From positions 7,008-49,475 of the forward strand of contig JARRKU010000065.1 in assembly GCA_037387725.1 (NCBI GenBank): a stretch of 42,468 nucleotides of DNA, in the 5' to 3' direction. This DNA is from Desulfobacteraceae bacterium. Its GTDB lineage: Bacteria; Desulfobacterota; Desulfobacteria; Desulfobacterales; Desulfosarcinaceae. A program made the translations under genes and the position numbers. Below the pieces are notes generated by a model, which saw only the letters and a list, made by a program, of their open reading frames with translations, had not been told where the DNA came from and made no database searches. This document shows, piece after piece, positions 29,498 to 38,884 of the stretch (its first letter is position 1; every line of letters begins with the position of its first letter).

Positions 29498-31132
29498 ATG
29501 AAAACAACCGCCATCGGGCTTCTGGGCCCCACCTTGGATACCGGCAAACGCGAATCCCGCTGGGAGCGATGGCGCCCCACCGTCGGGTTGTGCCAGCAGA
29601 AGGATCTGACCATCCACCGCTTCGACCTGCTCTACCAGACCCGTTTCAAGGGCCTGATGCAGCGGGTGTCGGAAGATATCCGCATGGTGTCGCCGGAGAC
29701 CGAAGTGGTGCCGCATCCCATCACCTTCCGCGATCCGTGGGACTTTGAAGAGGTCTTCGGCGTGCTGCACGACTTTGCCTCGGCCTACGCCTTCGACCCG
29801 GAAAATGAAAAATACCTGGTGCACATCTCCACCGGCAGCCATGTGGCGCAGATCTGCCTCTTTCTCCTCACCGAAGCGCGCTACTTTCCGGCCCGCCTGG
29901 TGCAGACCGGCCCGGTTAAAAAGGTTCGGGGTGCCGATCCGGCGGGCACCCATACCATCATCGATCTCGATCTTTCGCGTTACGACCAGCTGTCCGGACG
30001 GTTTCAAAATGAGCTGGACGACGATCTCTCTTTTTTGAAATCAGGCATCGCCACCCGCAACCCCGGCTTCAACCGTCTGATCGAAAAAATCGAGCGGGTG
30101 GCCATGCAGTCGGTGGACCCCATCCTGCTCACCGGCCCCACCGGCGCCGGCAAATCGCGACTGGCCCGGCGCGTGTATGATTTGAAAAAGGCGCGCCACC
30201 AGCTGGCAGGGGAATTCGTCGAGGTCAACTGCGCCACCTTGCGCGGGGATGCGGCCATGTCCGCCCTGTTCGGGCATAAGAAAGGGGCCTTCACCGGCGC
30301 ACTTCAGGACCGGCCGGGGTTGCTGCGGGCCGCCGACGGCGGCATGCTCTTTCTGGATGAGATCGGCGAGCTGGGGCTCGACGAGCAGTCCATGCTGCTG
30401 CGGGCCATCGAGGAGAAGACCTTTCTGCCCATGGGATCGGACCGGGAGGTCCGCAGCGACTTTCAATTGATCTGCGGCACCAACCACGAACTCGAGCGGG
30501 ATGTGCAAAAGGCAAGGTTCAGGGAGGACCTGCTGGCCCGAATCAACCTGTGGACCTTTCGCATGCCGGGGCTGCGGGACCGCAGCGAAGACATCGAGCC
30601 CAACCTCGATTACGAACTGGATCAGTTTGCCCGCAGGACCGGGCGGCGGGTGACCTTCAACAAAGAGGCCCGCCGTCGCTTTCTCGACTTTGCCGTCGCT
30701 CCTGCCGCCGCATGGCGGGCCAACTTCCGCGACCTCAACGGTGCGGTCACCCGCATGGCCACCCTGGCCCCGGGCGGGCGCATCACCCTTGCCGAGGTGG
30801 AAGAGGAAAAAGTCCGATTGCGCACCGACTGGAGCACTATCGCCCGTCCCATTGAGCGGCGGCGATCCTACCTGGCAGCTATCCTGACAGAAGAACAGCA
30901 GGCGGCCATCGATCCCTTCGACCGGGTCCAGCTGGAAGAGGTGCTGCGGATCTGCCGTGCATCGCGCAATCTGTCCGAAGCGGGGCGCCGCCTGTTTGCC
31001 GTATCGCGGCTGGCCAAGAAAAAGCCCAACGACGCCGACCGGTTGAGAAAGTACCTGGCCAGATTCGGCTTGAAGTGGGATGACATTACGGCGCCTGCCG
31101 TTGATCAGGCCACCCCTTTGAAACAGGCTTAG
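29498..31132 (+). CDS. rtcR: RtcR-like sigma54-dependent transcriptional activator (N-terminal CARF-type domain, AAA+ sigma54 module with GAFTGA, C-terminal HTH)
   Basis: N-terminus MKTTAIGLLGPTLDTGKRESRWERWRPTVGLCQ parallels the RtcR CARF domain. Walker A GPTGAGKS, GAFTGA loop, and C-terminal HTH (NLSEAGRRLF). Confidence 0.85.
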   Translation: MKTTAIGLLGPTLDTGKRESRWERWRPTVGLCQQKDLTIHRFDLLYQTRFKGLMQRVSEDIRMVSPETEVVPHPITFRDPWDFEEVFGVLHDFASAYAFDPENEKYLVHISTGSHVAQICLFLLTEARYFPARLVQTGPVKKVRGADPAGTHTIIDLDLSRYDQLSGRFQNELDDDLSFLKSGIATRNPGFNRLIEKIERVAMQSVDPILLTGPTGAGKSRLARRVYDLKKARHQLAGEFVEVNCATLRGDAAMSALFGHKKGAFTGALQDRPGLLRAADGGMLFLDEIGELGLDEQSMLLRAIEEKTFLPMGSDREVRSDFQLICGTNHELERDVQKARFREDLLARINLWTFRMPGLRDRSEDIEPNLDYELDQFARRTGRRVTFNKEARRRFLDFAVAPAAAWRANFRDLNGAVTRMATLAPGGRITLAEVEEEKVRLRTDWSTIARPIERRRSYLAAILTEEQQAAIDPFDRVQLEEVLRICRASRNLSEAGRRLFAVSRLAKKKPNDADRLRKYLARFGLKWDDITAPAVDQATPLKQA

Positions 31133-31528
31133 AGCAGCAGGAAAGCCCAATGCCGCTCCTGATGCAGCCATGGTTTTTGTCGTATTGACAAGCCGTATCG
31201 GCTATGATTTTCTAGATAAACAGCAGACGGTCCGCTCCTTCGATCTCCTTCGACACCGGCAGCCGTTGCTTTTCCCTGCTCACCGGAGCAAGTGCAGCCG
31301 TTCTCTGCAAAACGGGGGGGTCTCGCCTGCCGCAGCATCGGAACTGCTGCAATCCCATATCGAGAAAATCGACCCGGCAAGGGCTGTTACGGCCTTGCCG
31401 TAGCATCCATATTCATAACGCCGCGCGCGACCGGGAGCCCTTTGCTTTTCTGCGAACCGCTGCCGGCCGGCGGATCGGTAATGGTTTGCCTTTGGTGCGT
31501 CGGCATGGAGAAAAGGGAGGTATCGGAA

Positions 31529-33408
31529 ATGGCAGAGAACCAAGCGGCGATGGACAAGAGTCTGGACCCGGCCGTACGGCAGATGATCGCCAAGGCGCAG
31601 GACCAGGAGGTGAGCACGGTGTGGGACCGCTATGCGGCCATGACCCCCCAATGCAGTTTCGGCGACACGGGCTTGTGCTGTCGCCACTGCCTGCAGGGGC
31701 CCTGCCGCATCGATCCCTTTGGTGAAGGCCCCCAAACCGGCATCTGCGGCGCCAACGCCGACGTGATGGTGGCCAGGGGGCTCGACCGGGCCATTGCGGC
31801 CGGCACGGCGGCCCACTCGGGACATGCCCGCCATCTGGCCCACACCCTGAAAAAGATGGCCCAGGGAAAGACCGAAGCCTATACGATCAAAGATGGCGAC
31901 AAACTAAGGGCTGTGGCCGCACGGCTCAACATTGACGTGGAGGGCCGCCAGGAGAGCGAGATCGCCCTGGATGTGGCCGATGCGGCCCTGGCCGATTTCC
32001 ACGAAAAGGAGACCCCTGTGCTCTGGGCAGCCACAGTGGTCAACGAGGAACGGGCCAAGGTGCTCACCGACCTCAACCTGGTGCCCGTGGGCATCGACCA
32101 CGAAGTCTCCGAAATCATGCACCGCACCCTCTACGGCGTGGACGCGGATCCGGTCAACCTGCTCATCGGCGGGCTGCGATGCGGGGTGGCCGATCTGGCC
32201 GGTTGTTACATGGGCACCGACCTGGCCGATATCCTCTTCGGCGTTCCCCAGCCCACCATGACCGCCGCCAATCTGGGCACCCTGAAGGCCGATGCGGTCA
32301 ACATCGCCCTGCACGGCCACAATCCGGTGCTCTCCGATCTGCTGGTCACCTCCGCCGAAGCCAAGCAGGATGCGGCGCGCGCGGCCGGCGCCTCCGGCAT
32401 CAACCTGGTGGGGATCTGCTGCACGGGCAACGAGGTGATGATGCGCCACGGCATCCCGGCCTGCACCCATTCGGTGAGCCAGGAGATGGCCATCATGACC
32501 GGCGCCCTGGACGCCATGGTGGTGGACTACCAGCCGGCACCGAGATCATCACCACCATGGATATCGCCAAGATCAGCGGCGCCACCCATGTGGACTTCAG
32601 CGAAGAGCTGGCCGGTCCCAAGGCGTATGAGATCTTCGACAGGGCCATCGACAACTTCAAACGGCGGCGAAACAAAGCCGTGGACATACCGGATGTCAAG
32701 ACCCCGGTGATGGCCGGCTTCTCGGTAGAGGCCATCGTAGCGGCGCTCTCCAAACTGGACGCCAACGAGCCCCTCAAACCGGTGGTGGACCACCTCAAGG
32801 CGGGCAATATCCGCGGGGTCTGCCTCTTTGCCGGCTGCAACAACGTGAAGGTGGCCCAGGACAGGAACTTCATCCATATCGCCAGAAAACTGCTCAAAGA
32901 GAACGTGCTGGTGGTGGCCACCGGGTGCGGCGCCGGCGCATTGATGCGCCACGGCTTCATGGACCCGGCCAACACGGACGCGCTTTGCGGCGACGGCATC
33001 AAAGCGGTGCTCACCGCCATCGGCGAAGCCAACGGCTTGGGCGGACCGCTGCCGCCGGTGATCCACATGGGTTCCTGCGTGGACAATTCCCGGGCCGTGG
33101 CCCTCACCGTGGCCCTGGCCCAGTATGTGGGCGTCGACACCCAGCAACTGCCGGTGGTGGCTTCGGCCGCCGAAGCGGTTTCGGAAAAGGCGGTCTCCAT
33201 CGGCGCCTATGCCGTGGCGGCCGGACTGCCCACCCATGTGGGGGTGATGCTCCCGGTGCTGGGCAGCCAGCTGGTGGCCCAGGTGCTCACCGAAAAAGTC
33301 AAGGACCTGACCGGCGGCTACTTCATCGTGGACCTCGATCCGGACAGCGCCGCAGACAAGCTGCTGGCCGCCATTGACGAACGGCGGAAAGGGCTGGGAC
33401 TTGAATAA
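31529..33408 (+). pseudogene. cooS: Anaerobic carbon-monoxide dehydrogenase catalytic subunit, interrupted by a frameshift or internal deletion near 32534
   Basis: ATG 31529 with RBS AAGGGAGG. N-terminal Cys motifs (CSFGDTGLCCRHCLQGPCRI) and C-cluster region (INLVGICCTGNE). The reading frame switches between ...AMVVDYQ (frame 2) and GTEIITTMDIAK... (frame 1). The expected DYQC cysteine segment is absent. Confidence 0.75.
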
Positions 33409-33429
33409 AGCTTCGCTTTATGAACCGAA

Positions 33430-33550
33430 GAATATCGAACATGGAATTTCGAATGTCGAAGTGTGGCGTCGCTGCGCTCCATCAATTTATATGAATGATA
33501 AAATACCTTACTTCGAAATTCTGCGGTTCCTTGTTCGAAATTCGATATTC
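33430..33550. repeat. Palindromic repeat element A (about 120 bp) in the cooS-cooF spacer
   Basis: GAATATCGAACATGGAATTTCGAATGTCGAAGTGTGG ... CTTCGAAATTCTGCGGTTCCTTGTTCGAAATTCGATATTC. Its reverse complement matches element B at 35409-35543 (37/38 nt in the best block). Confidence 0.7.
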
Positions 33551-33566
33551 TTACGAGGAGTCGGAA

Positions 33567-34076
33567 ATGAAACAACCCAAAGAAATCTTCGTGCGGCTGG
33601 ACCGCTGCATGGGATGCCATAGCTGCGAGATGGCCTGCGCCGTGGCCCACTCCCAGAGCAAGCGCCTGTATGGCGCACTGGCGGAAACCACCCTGCCCAA
33701 GCCGAGGCTCTATGTGGAGGCCGTGACCGCCGATAACAAGGCGGTGCCCATCCTTTGCCGCCATTGCGAAGACGCCCCGTGCATGCACGCCTGTATCGCC
33801 GGCGCCATCAGCCGGAGCGATGCCGGCGTGGTGGCCACGGACAAGGACAAGTGCATCGGTTGCTGGACCTGCGTTATGGTCTGCCCCTACGGCGTCATCG
33901 GCCGGCACATGCAGGAACTCAAAGCCTACCGCTGCGACCGCTGCCCCGACCTGGAGACCCCGGCCTGCGTGAGCGCCTGCCCCTCAAAGGCGCTGCTCTA
34001 CCAGAGCGCCGACGATTACTCCCGCGGCGTCCGACAGACGGCAGCCGGTGAACTGCTGACAGGCGAAGGGGGGTAG
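33567..34076 (+). CDS. cooF: CooF-like 4Fe-4S ferredoxin-type iron-sulfur protein
   Basis: RBS GAGGAG. Four CxxCxxCxxxCP-like clusters (CMGCHSCEMAC, CRHCEDAPCMHAC, CIGCWTCVMVCP, CDRC...CVSACP). Confidence 0.85.
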   Translation: MKQPKEIFVRLDRCMGCHSCEMACAVAHSQSKRLYGALAETTLPKPRLYVEAVTADNKAVPILCRHCEDAPCMHACIAGAISRSDAGVVATDKDKCIGCWTCVMVCPYGVIGRHMQELKAYRCDRCPDLETPACVSACPSKALLYQSADDYSRGVRQTAAGELLTGEGG

Positions 34077-34081
34077 GCGCC

Positions 34082-35356
34082 ATGGCACAAAAACAATATC
34101 TGATCGTGGGCGGCAGCGCCGCCGGCATGGCCGCCGCCGAAACCATCGCCTGCCTGGACCCGGAAGGCAAGGTGCAGGTGCTGAGCGAGGAAGCCGACGC
34201 CCCTTACTTCCGCCCCCTGATCCCCTTTATCATCAGCCGGAAGAAAAACGACCGGCAGATCTTCCTGCAGGGGCAGGGGCCCTATGGTTCCGGAAAAGCC
34301 GAAATCCGGCTGCAGACCCGGGCCCGGCACATCGACCCCGATGCCCGGGCCGTGGTCGCCGACACCGGCGAATCCTTTGCCTACGACCGGCTGCTCATCG
34401 CAACGGGCAGCCGGCCGTACATTCCCGAAGAGATCGCAGGTACGGATCTGGAAGGGGTCTTTGCACTGAGAACCCTGGCCGATGCCCGGAAAGCCGAACA
34501 ACGGGCGGAGGTCACCCGGCATGCGGTGATGCTGGGCGGCGGCCTGCTCAACCTCAAGGCGGCCTTTGCTCTGCTGGAGCGCGGCATCGCCGTCACCCTG
34601 GTGGTTTTCTCGCCGGAAGTGCTCAGCCAGCTCATGGAGCCTGAAGACGCTCTGCTGATCCGCCGTGCCCTGGACCAGGCCGGGCTGCGCATCGTCACCG
34701 GCGCAGCCGCCACCTACATCACGGGCAATGGCAGCGGCGTCACCGGTGTGGTGCTGGACAACGGGGAGGAGATGGCGTGTGAGATGGTCTGTATCGGCAA
34801 GGGGGTGCGCCCCAATACCCGATGGATCGCAGAGAGCGGCATCGATATCCAAACGGGTGTGGTGGCGGACAAGTTCACCCGCACCACGTCTCCCGATGTT
34901 TATACCGCCGGCGACGCGGCCGTGACCTTCGATCCCATCACCGGAGAACCGATGGTCACCGGGCTATGGACCAATGCAGTGGAGATGGGACGCTGCGCCG
35001 GCGCCAACATGGCCGGCCGCCCCACTGCCTACGGCGGCACCTTCGGCATCCTCAACGCCACACAGGTGGCCCGCATGCCTTTTGTCGCCATGGGTGTGGT
35101 GCACACCAGCGGAACCGACTGCGAAGTGCATCGCCGGCAGACGACCAACGCCTATCGCAAACTGGTCTTCTCCCCCGAGGGCGACCGGTTGATCGGGGCC
35201 GTCCTGGTCGGCGACATCGGCAATGCCGGCCTCTACCGGGCGTTGATAAGGGATCGCATGCCGCTCGACGGCATCAAAGGGCAGGTGATCGACCACACCC
35301 TGCACTACGGCCATTTGCTGCTGGCCACAAGGACGATGACACCGATTAGTGCTTAA
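34082..35356 (+). CDS. FAD-dependent pyridine nucleotide-disulfide oxidoreductase (NADH-oxidase/CoA-disulfide-reductase-like)
   Basis: IVGGSAAGMAAA FAD dinucleotide-binding motif, second Rossmann fold (VMLGGGLLNLKAA) and C-terminal dimerisation domain. Co-directional with and adjacent to cooF. Confidence 0.85.
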   Translation: MAQKQYLIVGGSAAGMAAAETIACLDPEGKVQVLSEEADAPYFRPLIPFIISRKKNDRQIFLQGQGPYGSGKAEIRLQTRARHIDPDARAVVADTGESFAYDRLLIATGSRPYIPEEIAGTDLEGVFALRTLADARKAEQRAEVTRHAVMLGGGLLNLKAAFALLERGIAVTLVVFSPEVLSQLMEPEDALLIRRALDQAGLRIVTGAAATYITGNGSGVTGVVLDNGEEMACEMVCIGKGVRPNTRWIAESGIDIQTGVVADKFTRTTSPDVYTAGDAAVTFDPITGEPMVTGLWTNAVEMGRCAGANMAGRPTAYGGTFGILNATQVARMPFVAMGVVHTSGTDCEVHRRQTTNAYRKLVFSPEGDRLIGAVLVGDIGNAGLYRALIRDRMPLDGIKGQVIDHTLHYGHLLLATRTMTPISA

Positions 35357-35408
35357 GGGCCAATTACTCTGGTATCGGCTTTAAGAGGGACGAAGCGCCG
35401 GAATTTCG

Positions 35409-35543
35409 AATATCGAACAAGGAACCGCAGAATGTCGAAATTAAGCATTCTGTCATTTATATATATAAGAATGGCAGAGCGAAGCGATTCCACACTTCGA
35501 CATTCGAAATTCCTTGTTCGATATTCTGCGGTTCTATCCCGCC
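35409..35543. repeat. Palindromic repeat element B, inverted relative to element A, overlapping the recD2 stop
   Basis: GGAATTTCGAATATCGAACAAGGAACCGCAGAATGTCGAA ... CCACACTTCGACATTCGAAATTCCTTGTTCGATATTCTGCGGTTC. Confidence 0.7.
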
Positions 35544-37711
35544 AGGTCCGGGTTTAACCGCCACCCCAGCAAGGATCGGCGCTGGTTGGGCGCGTCGGCC
35601 TGGACCGCCACGCGCACGGCCTTGGCCGAGCCGACCAGGATCACCATCCGCCTGGCGCGGGTCAGGGCGGTATATAACAGATTCCGCTGCAGCATGATGT
35701 AGTGCTGGGTGACCATGGGCAGGATAATCACCGGGTACTCGGAGCCCTGGGACTTGTGCACGGAGATGGCGTAGGCCAGGGTCAGCTCGTCCAGGTCGGC
35801 CTCGTCGTAGGCGACCTCCCGGCCGTCGTAGCTCACCCAGAGGCGCGCCGCCTCCCGGTCCAGCCGCGCCACCGTGCCGATCTCGCCGTTGAAGACCTCC
35901 TTTTGATAGTTGTTGCGCAGGTGCATTACCTTGTCGCCCAGGCTGAAGGCGTCCCCCTTTTTCACCTGGGGGTTGAGGGCGGTCTGCAGCAGGCCGTTCA
36001 GGGCCATGGTGCCCAGATTGCCTTTGTGCATGGGCGTGAGCACCTGCACATCGGTGACGCCGTCCAATCCCAACTGACCGGGAATCTTCTCTTTGCAAAG
36101 GGAGAGGATGATGCCGGGTATGTTGTCGGGCCGCAGTTCTTCGATGAAGGTGAACTCGGCCAAAGTTGCATCTTTCGGCGCCGGCGCCATCTCTGGCAAT
36201 TCCCCCTGCCGGACGCGATGGGCATTGGCGATGATGGGACTCATGGCTGCCTGGCGGAAGACCTCGGTGAGGGCAAAAGCGGGAATCATCCCGGTCGCCA
36301 TCAGATCCCCCAGCACCGTCCCCGGCCCCACAGAGGGCAGCTGGAAGACATCGCCCACCAGGATCAGACGGGCGCCGTGGGGCAGGGCCCGCACCAGATG
36401 GCCCATGAGGGCCAGGTCCACCATGGAGGCCTCGTCCACCACCACCGCCTCGGTATCCAGGGGATTGTCCTGGTCATGCTCGAAATGGCCTTCGGCGAGA
36501 TTGAACCCCAGCAGCTTGTGCAGGGTGGCCGCCGGACGGTGAGCCACCTCGGAGATTCGCCGGGCGGCCCGGCCGGTGGGCGCGGCCAGCAGATAGGCGA
36601 TGCCCGACGCTTCGAACATGGCCGCAACGGCCCGTATGATGGTGGTCTTGCCGGTACCCGGACCGCCGGTGATGATCACCAGTCGCTGGTTCAGCACGCT
36701 CTGCAGCACGGTCAACTGGGTCCGGGAGAGCTGAATGGCCAAACGCCGCACAACGGCCTCGGCAATCTGCCCGGCGTCCACATCCGCATGCGCCACAGGA
36801 ATGGTCAGCATGGCCTGGAGCCGCTGGGCGATCCCGGTCTCGGCAGCATAAAGCGCCTGCCGGTAGACCGGCTCACCGGGCGCCTGACGGTCGATGACGA
36901 TCTCCCGGTCCTCGACGAGTTGATCCAGAGCATCCTGCACCGCATCGTAACTGAGATGGAAGGCCTGATCGCAACTCGCCTCCACCTCGGCCCTGCCAAC
37001 GAACAGATGCCCCTTTTCCCCGGCCTCGTAAAGCAGGTGACACACACAGGCCCTGGCCCGATCTGTTTCGTCGATGGGCCGATCGGATTTCCGTACGATG
37101 GCATCGGCGATATAGAACCCGATATGGGGGATGTCCGACGCCACTTTATAGGGATCGTTTTTCAGGATCTCCAGGGCGTCCGGGCCGTATGTCTTGTAGA
37201 TGCGCGCGCCATAGGCCGGTTTGACGTCATTATCCTGCAAAAACTGCATCAGGGCTCGCACGGCGTGATGCTCCTGCCAGGCCTGGGCTATTCGCCCGGC
37301 CCGGTCCCGGCCGATGCCTTTGACCTCGGTCAGCCGGTGCGGGGCGCTTTCAATGACCGACAAAGTCTCCTTCTTGAAGTGCGCAATCAGCCGCTCCGCC
37401 GTCTTGGGGCCCACCCCCTTGATCAGGCCGGAGAAGAGATAGTGCCGGATCTCTTCGATCCCGGAGGGCAGCAGCACTTCAAAGGCGGCCACCTTGAACT
37501 GCTGGCCGTAGCGGGGATGGGTCTCCCAGCGCCCTTTCAGGCGCAGGGTCTCGCCGGGCCGCGGCTCGGGAAAGTGGCCCAGCACCGTCACCAGGCCGCG
37601 CGCCTCGGCCACCCGCAGCTTGGCGATCATGAAATGATTCTTCTTACTGCGGAAGGTGATGCGCTCGATCTGGCCTTCGATGGTGTTGGGAGAGGATACA
37701 GCCATGGTCAT
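35534..37711 (-). CDS. recD2: RecD2-type ATP-dependent DNA helicase (SF1)
   Basis: 725 aa from ATG 37711. HhH region and Walker A GGPGTGKTT. Its start abuts and overlaps the gmhB stop. Confidence 0.9.
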   Translation of the reverse strand: MTMAVSSPNTIEGQIERITFRSKKNHFMIAKLRVAEARGLVTVLGHFPEPRPGETLRLKGRWETHPRYGQQFKVAAFEVLLPSGIEEIRHYLFSGLIKGVGPKTAERLIAHFKKETLSVIESAPHRLTEVKGIGRDRAGRIAQAWQEHHAVRALMQFLQDNDVKPAYGARIYKTYGPDALEILKNDPYKVASDIPHIGFYIADAIVRKSDRPIDETDRARACVCHLLYEAGEKGHLFVGRAEVEASCDQAFHLSYDAVQDALDQLVEDREIVIDRQAPGEPVYRQALYAAETGIAQRLQAMLTIPVAHADVDAGQIAEAVVRRLAIQLSRTQLTVLQSVLNQRLVIITGGPGTGKTTIIRAVAAMFEASGIAYLLAAPTGRAARRISEVAHRPAATLHKLLGFNLAEGHFEHDQDNPLDTEAVVVDEASMVDLALMGHLVRALPHGARLILVGDVFQLPSVGPGTVLGDLMATGMIPAFALTEVFRQAAMSPIIANAHRVRQGELPEMAPAPKDATLAEFTFIEELRPDNIPGIILSLCKEKIPGQLGLDGVTDVQVLTPMHKGNLGTMALNGLLQTALNPQVKKGDAFSLGDKVMHLRNNYQKEVFNGEIGTVARLDREAARLWVSYDGREVAYDEADLDELTLAYAISVHKSQGSEYPVIILPMVTQHYIMLQRNLLYTALTRARRMVILVGSAKAVRVAVQADAPNQRRSLLGWRLNPDLAG

Positions 37712-38289
37712 CCGCAACAGAGAGGTGGCAGCGGCGGTTCGGACAAAATCAAGTCGGCCGCAGCAGCGAGATCGTCCACCACCAGGGTGGGCGATACCTG
37801 CTTGGCGGCCAGCTCCTTCTCAGCCTGGCGCCCGCAACCGGTGCGCACCAGCATGGTGGCCCCGCAACCGGCATTCTGGCCGCAAAGCACATCCTTGATA
37901 TTGTCGCCGATCATCACCGTACATGGCAGATCAATGGCGTGGGCGGTCTTGGCCTGAAAGATCATGCCGGGCTCCGGCTTGCGGCAGTCGCACTGCTCAT
38001 CGGGGTGGTGGGGGCAGTAGTAAATATCGAAGATCTTCCCCCCGGCCGCTTCAACCGCCCGGCGCATGCGGTGAAACATATCTTCCAGCACCGACAGCGG
38101 CACCATGCCCCGCCCGATAATGGACTGATTGGTAATAACGATCAAATGATATCCGGCCCTGGTCAGGGCCGCCAAAGCCTCCAGGCTGCCGGGAAGAAAT
38201 TCAAATTCCTCCCAGCTCTTGATATAATCGGGTGAGTCCCGGTTGATCACCCCGTCCCGATCCAGAAAGATTACATTTTGCAGTATCAT
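37708..38289 (-). CDS. gmhB: D-glycero-beta-D-manno-heptose-1,7-bisphosphate 7-phosphatase (HAD-IIIA)
   Basis: FLDRDGVIN HAD motif I, CxC zinc site (CDCRKPEPGM), and the GDxxxD motif. RBS GGGAG. Confidence 0.85.
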   Translation of the reverse strand: MILQNVIFLDRDGVINRDSPDYIKSWEEFEFLPGSLEALAALTRAGYHLIVITNQSIIGRGMVPLSVLEDMFHRMRRAVEAAGGKIFDIYYCPHHPDEQCDCRKPEPGMIFQAKTAHAIDLPCTVMIGDNIKDVLCGQNAGCGATMLVRTGCGRQAEKELAAKQVSPTLVVDDLAAAADLILSEPPLPPLCCG

Positions 38290-38549
38290 GGCTCCCGCAT
38301 TTCCGATTACAGCTTAAACCGTCCGGCAAAAGGCAACAGCGGCAATGATCAAGATCAGCCCATACCGCATGAAGCCTAAATCATTAACCCATCGAATGCA
38401 ATTATTCATCACCGTGATGGGGACACGCATAAAATCAAATAAATCGCCACCCGACCCATATGACCATCCTGTTGTGGCCCAACACCATAACCGTTAGATA
38501 ACAAATAGTTACAAATTTAACAAGATTCATGGCATAATTCTCCAACATA

Positions 38550-38570
38550 CTTATGTGTCAGACACATAAG
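38550..38570. promoter_or_regulatory. Perfect 10-1-10 palindrome (candidate operator)
   Basis: CTTATGTGTC-A-GACACATAAG in the AT-rich region between gmhB and the first cassette ORF. Confidence 0.4.
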
Positions 38571-38797
38571 TGCGTAATTTAAACATATTGTTGCACTCAA
38601 ACGGATTATCAAAAGGCATAGCAGGGCTATGGAGTGGGACTTTAGATCGATTGAACCACTCGATTATTCAGAGAATATATGATGTAGGCGTGAATCAACC
38701 TTACCGATCTTGGCCTTATAGCGATAAAAAGCAAAATTTTTCCATAATATTGTTGTATATTCCGCAAGAATATCACACAATCATAACAAATACAGAC

Positions 38798-38876
38798 AAT
38801 TAACAAAAAATTGCACTCAATTGCGATTCAGCCGTCTTATCAAAAAGCAGCTGCGGCAGAATCTATAATGTTAAGT
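38798..38876 (+). repeat. attC/attI-like recombination site preceding the first cassette ORF
   Basis: Inverse-core-like AATTAAC (38798-38804), then 65 bp, then core GTTAAGT (38870-38876) 8 nt before ATG 38885. The reverse complement of the core (ACTTAAC) equals the inverse core of the next site. Confidence 0.4.
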
Positions 38877-38884
38877 TTCAAAGT

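Noticed and set aside
30041-31171. 376-aa minus-strand ORF antisense to the rtcR-like gene
   Set aside because: Shadow ORF. The plus-strand product has an unambiguous AAA+/GAFTGA architecture.
31133-31528. Sigma54 (-24/-12) promoter upstream of cooS that would link it to the RtcR-like activator
   Set aside because: Several GG...TTGC candidates were inspected, for example GGCAGCCGTTGC at about 31258. Spacing is off by 2 nt in each, so no promoter is claimed.
35702-37957. 751-aa plus-strand ORF antisense to recD2
   Set aside because: Gly/Arg/His/Pro-rich nonsense protein. recD2 on the minus strand has clear helicase motifs.
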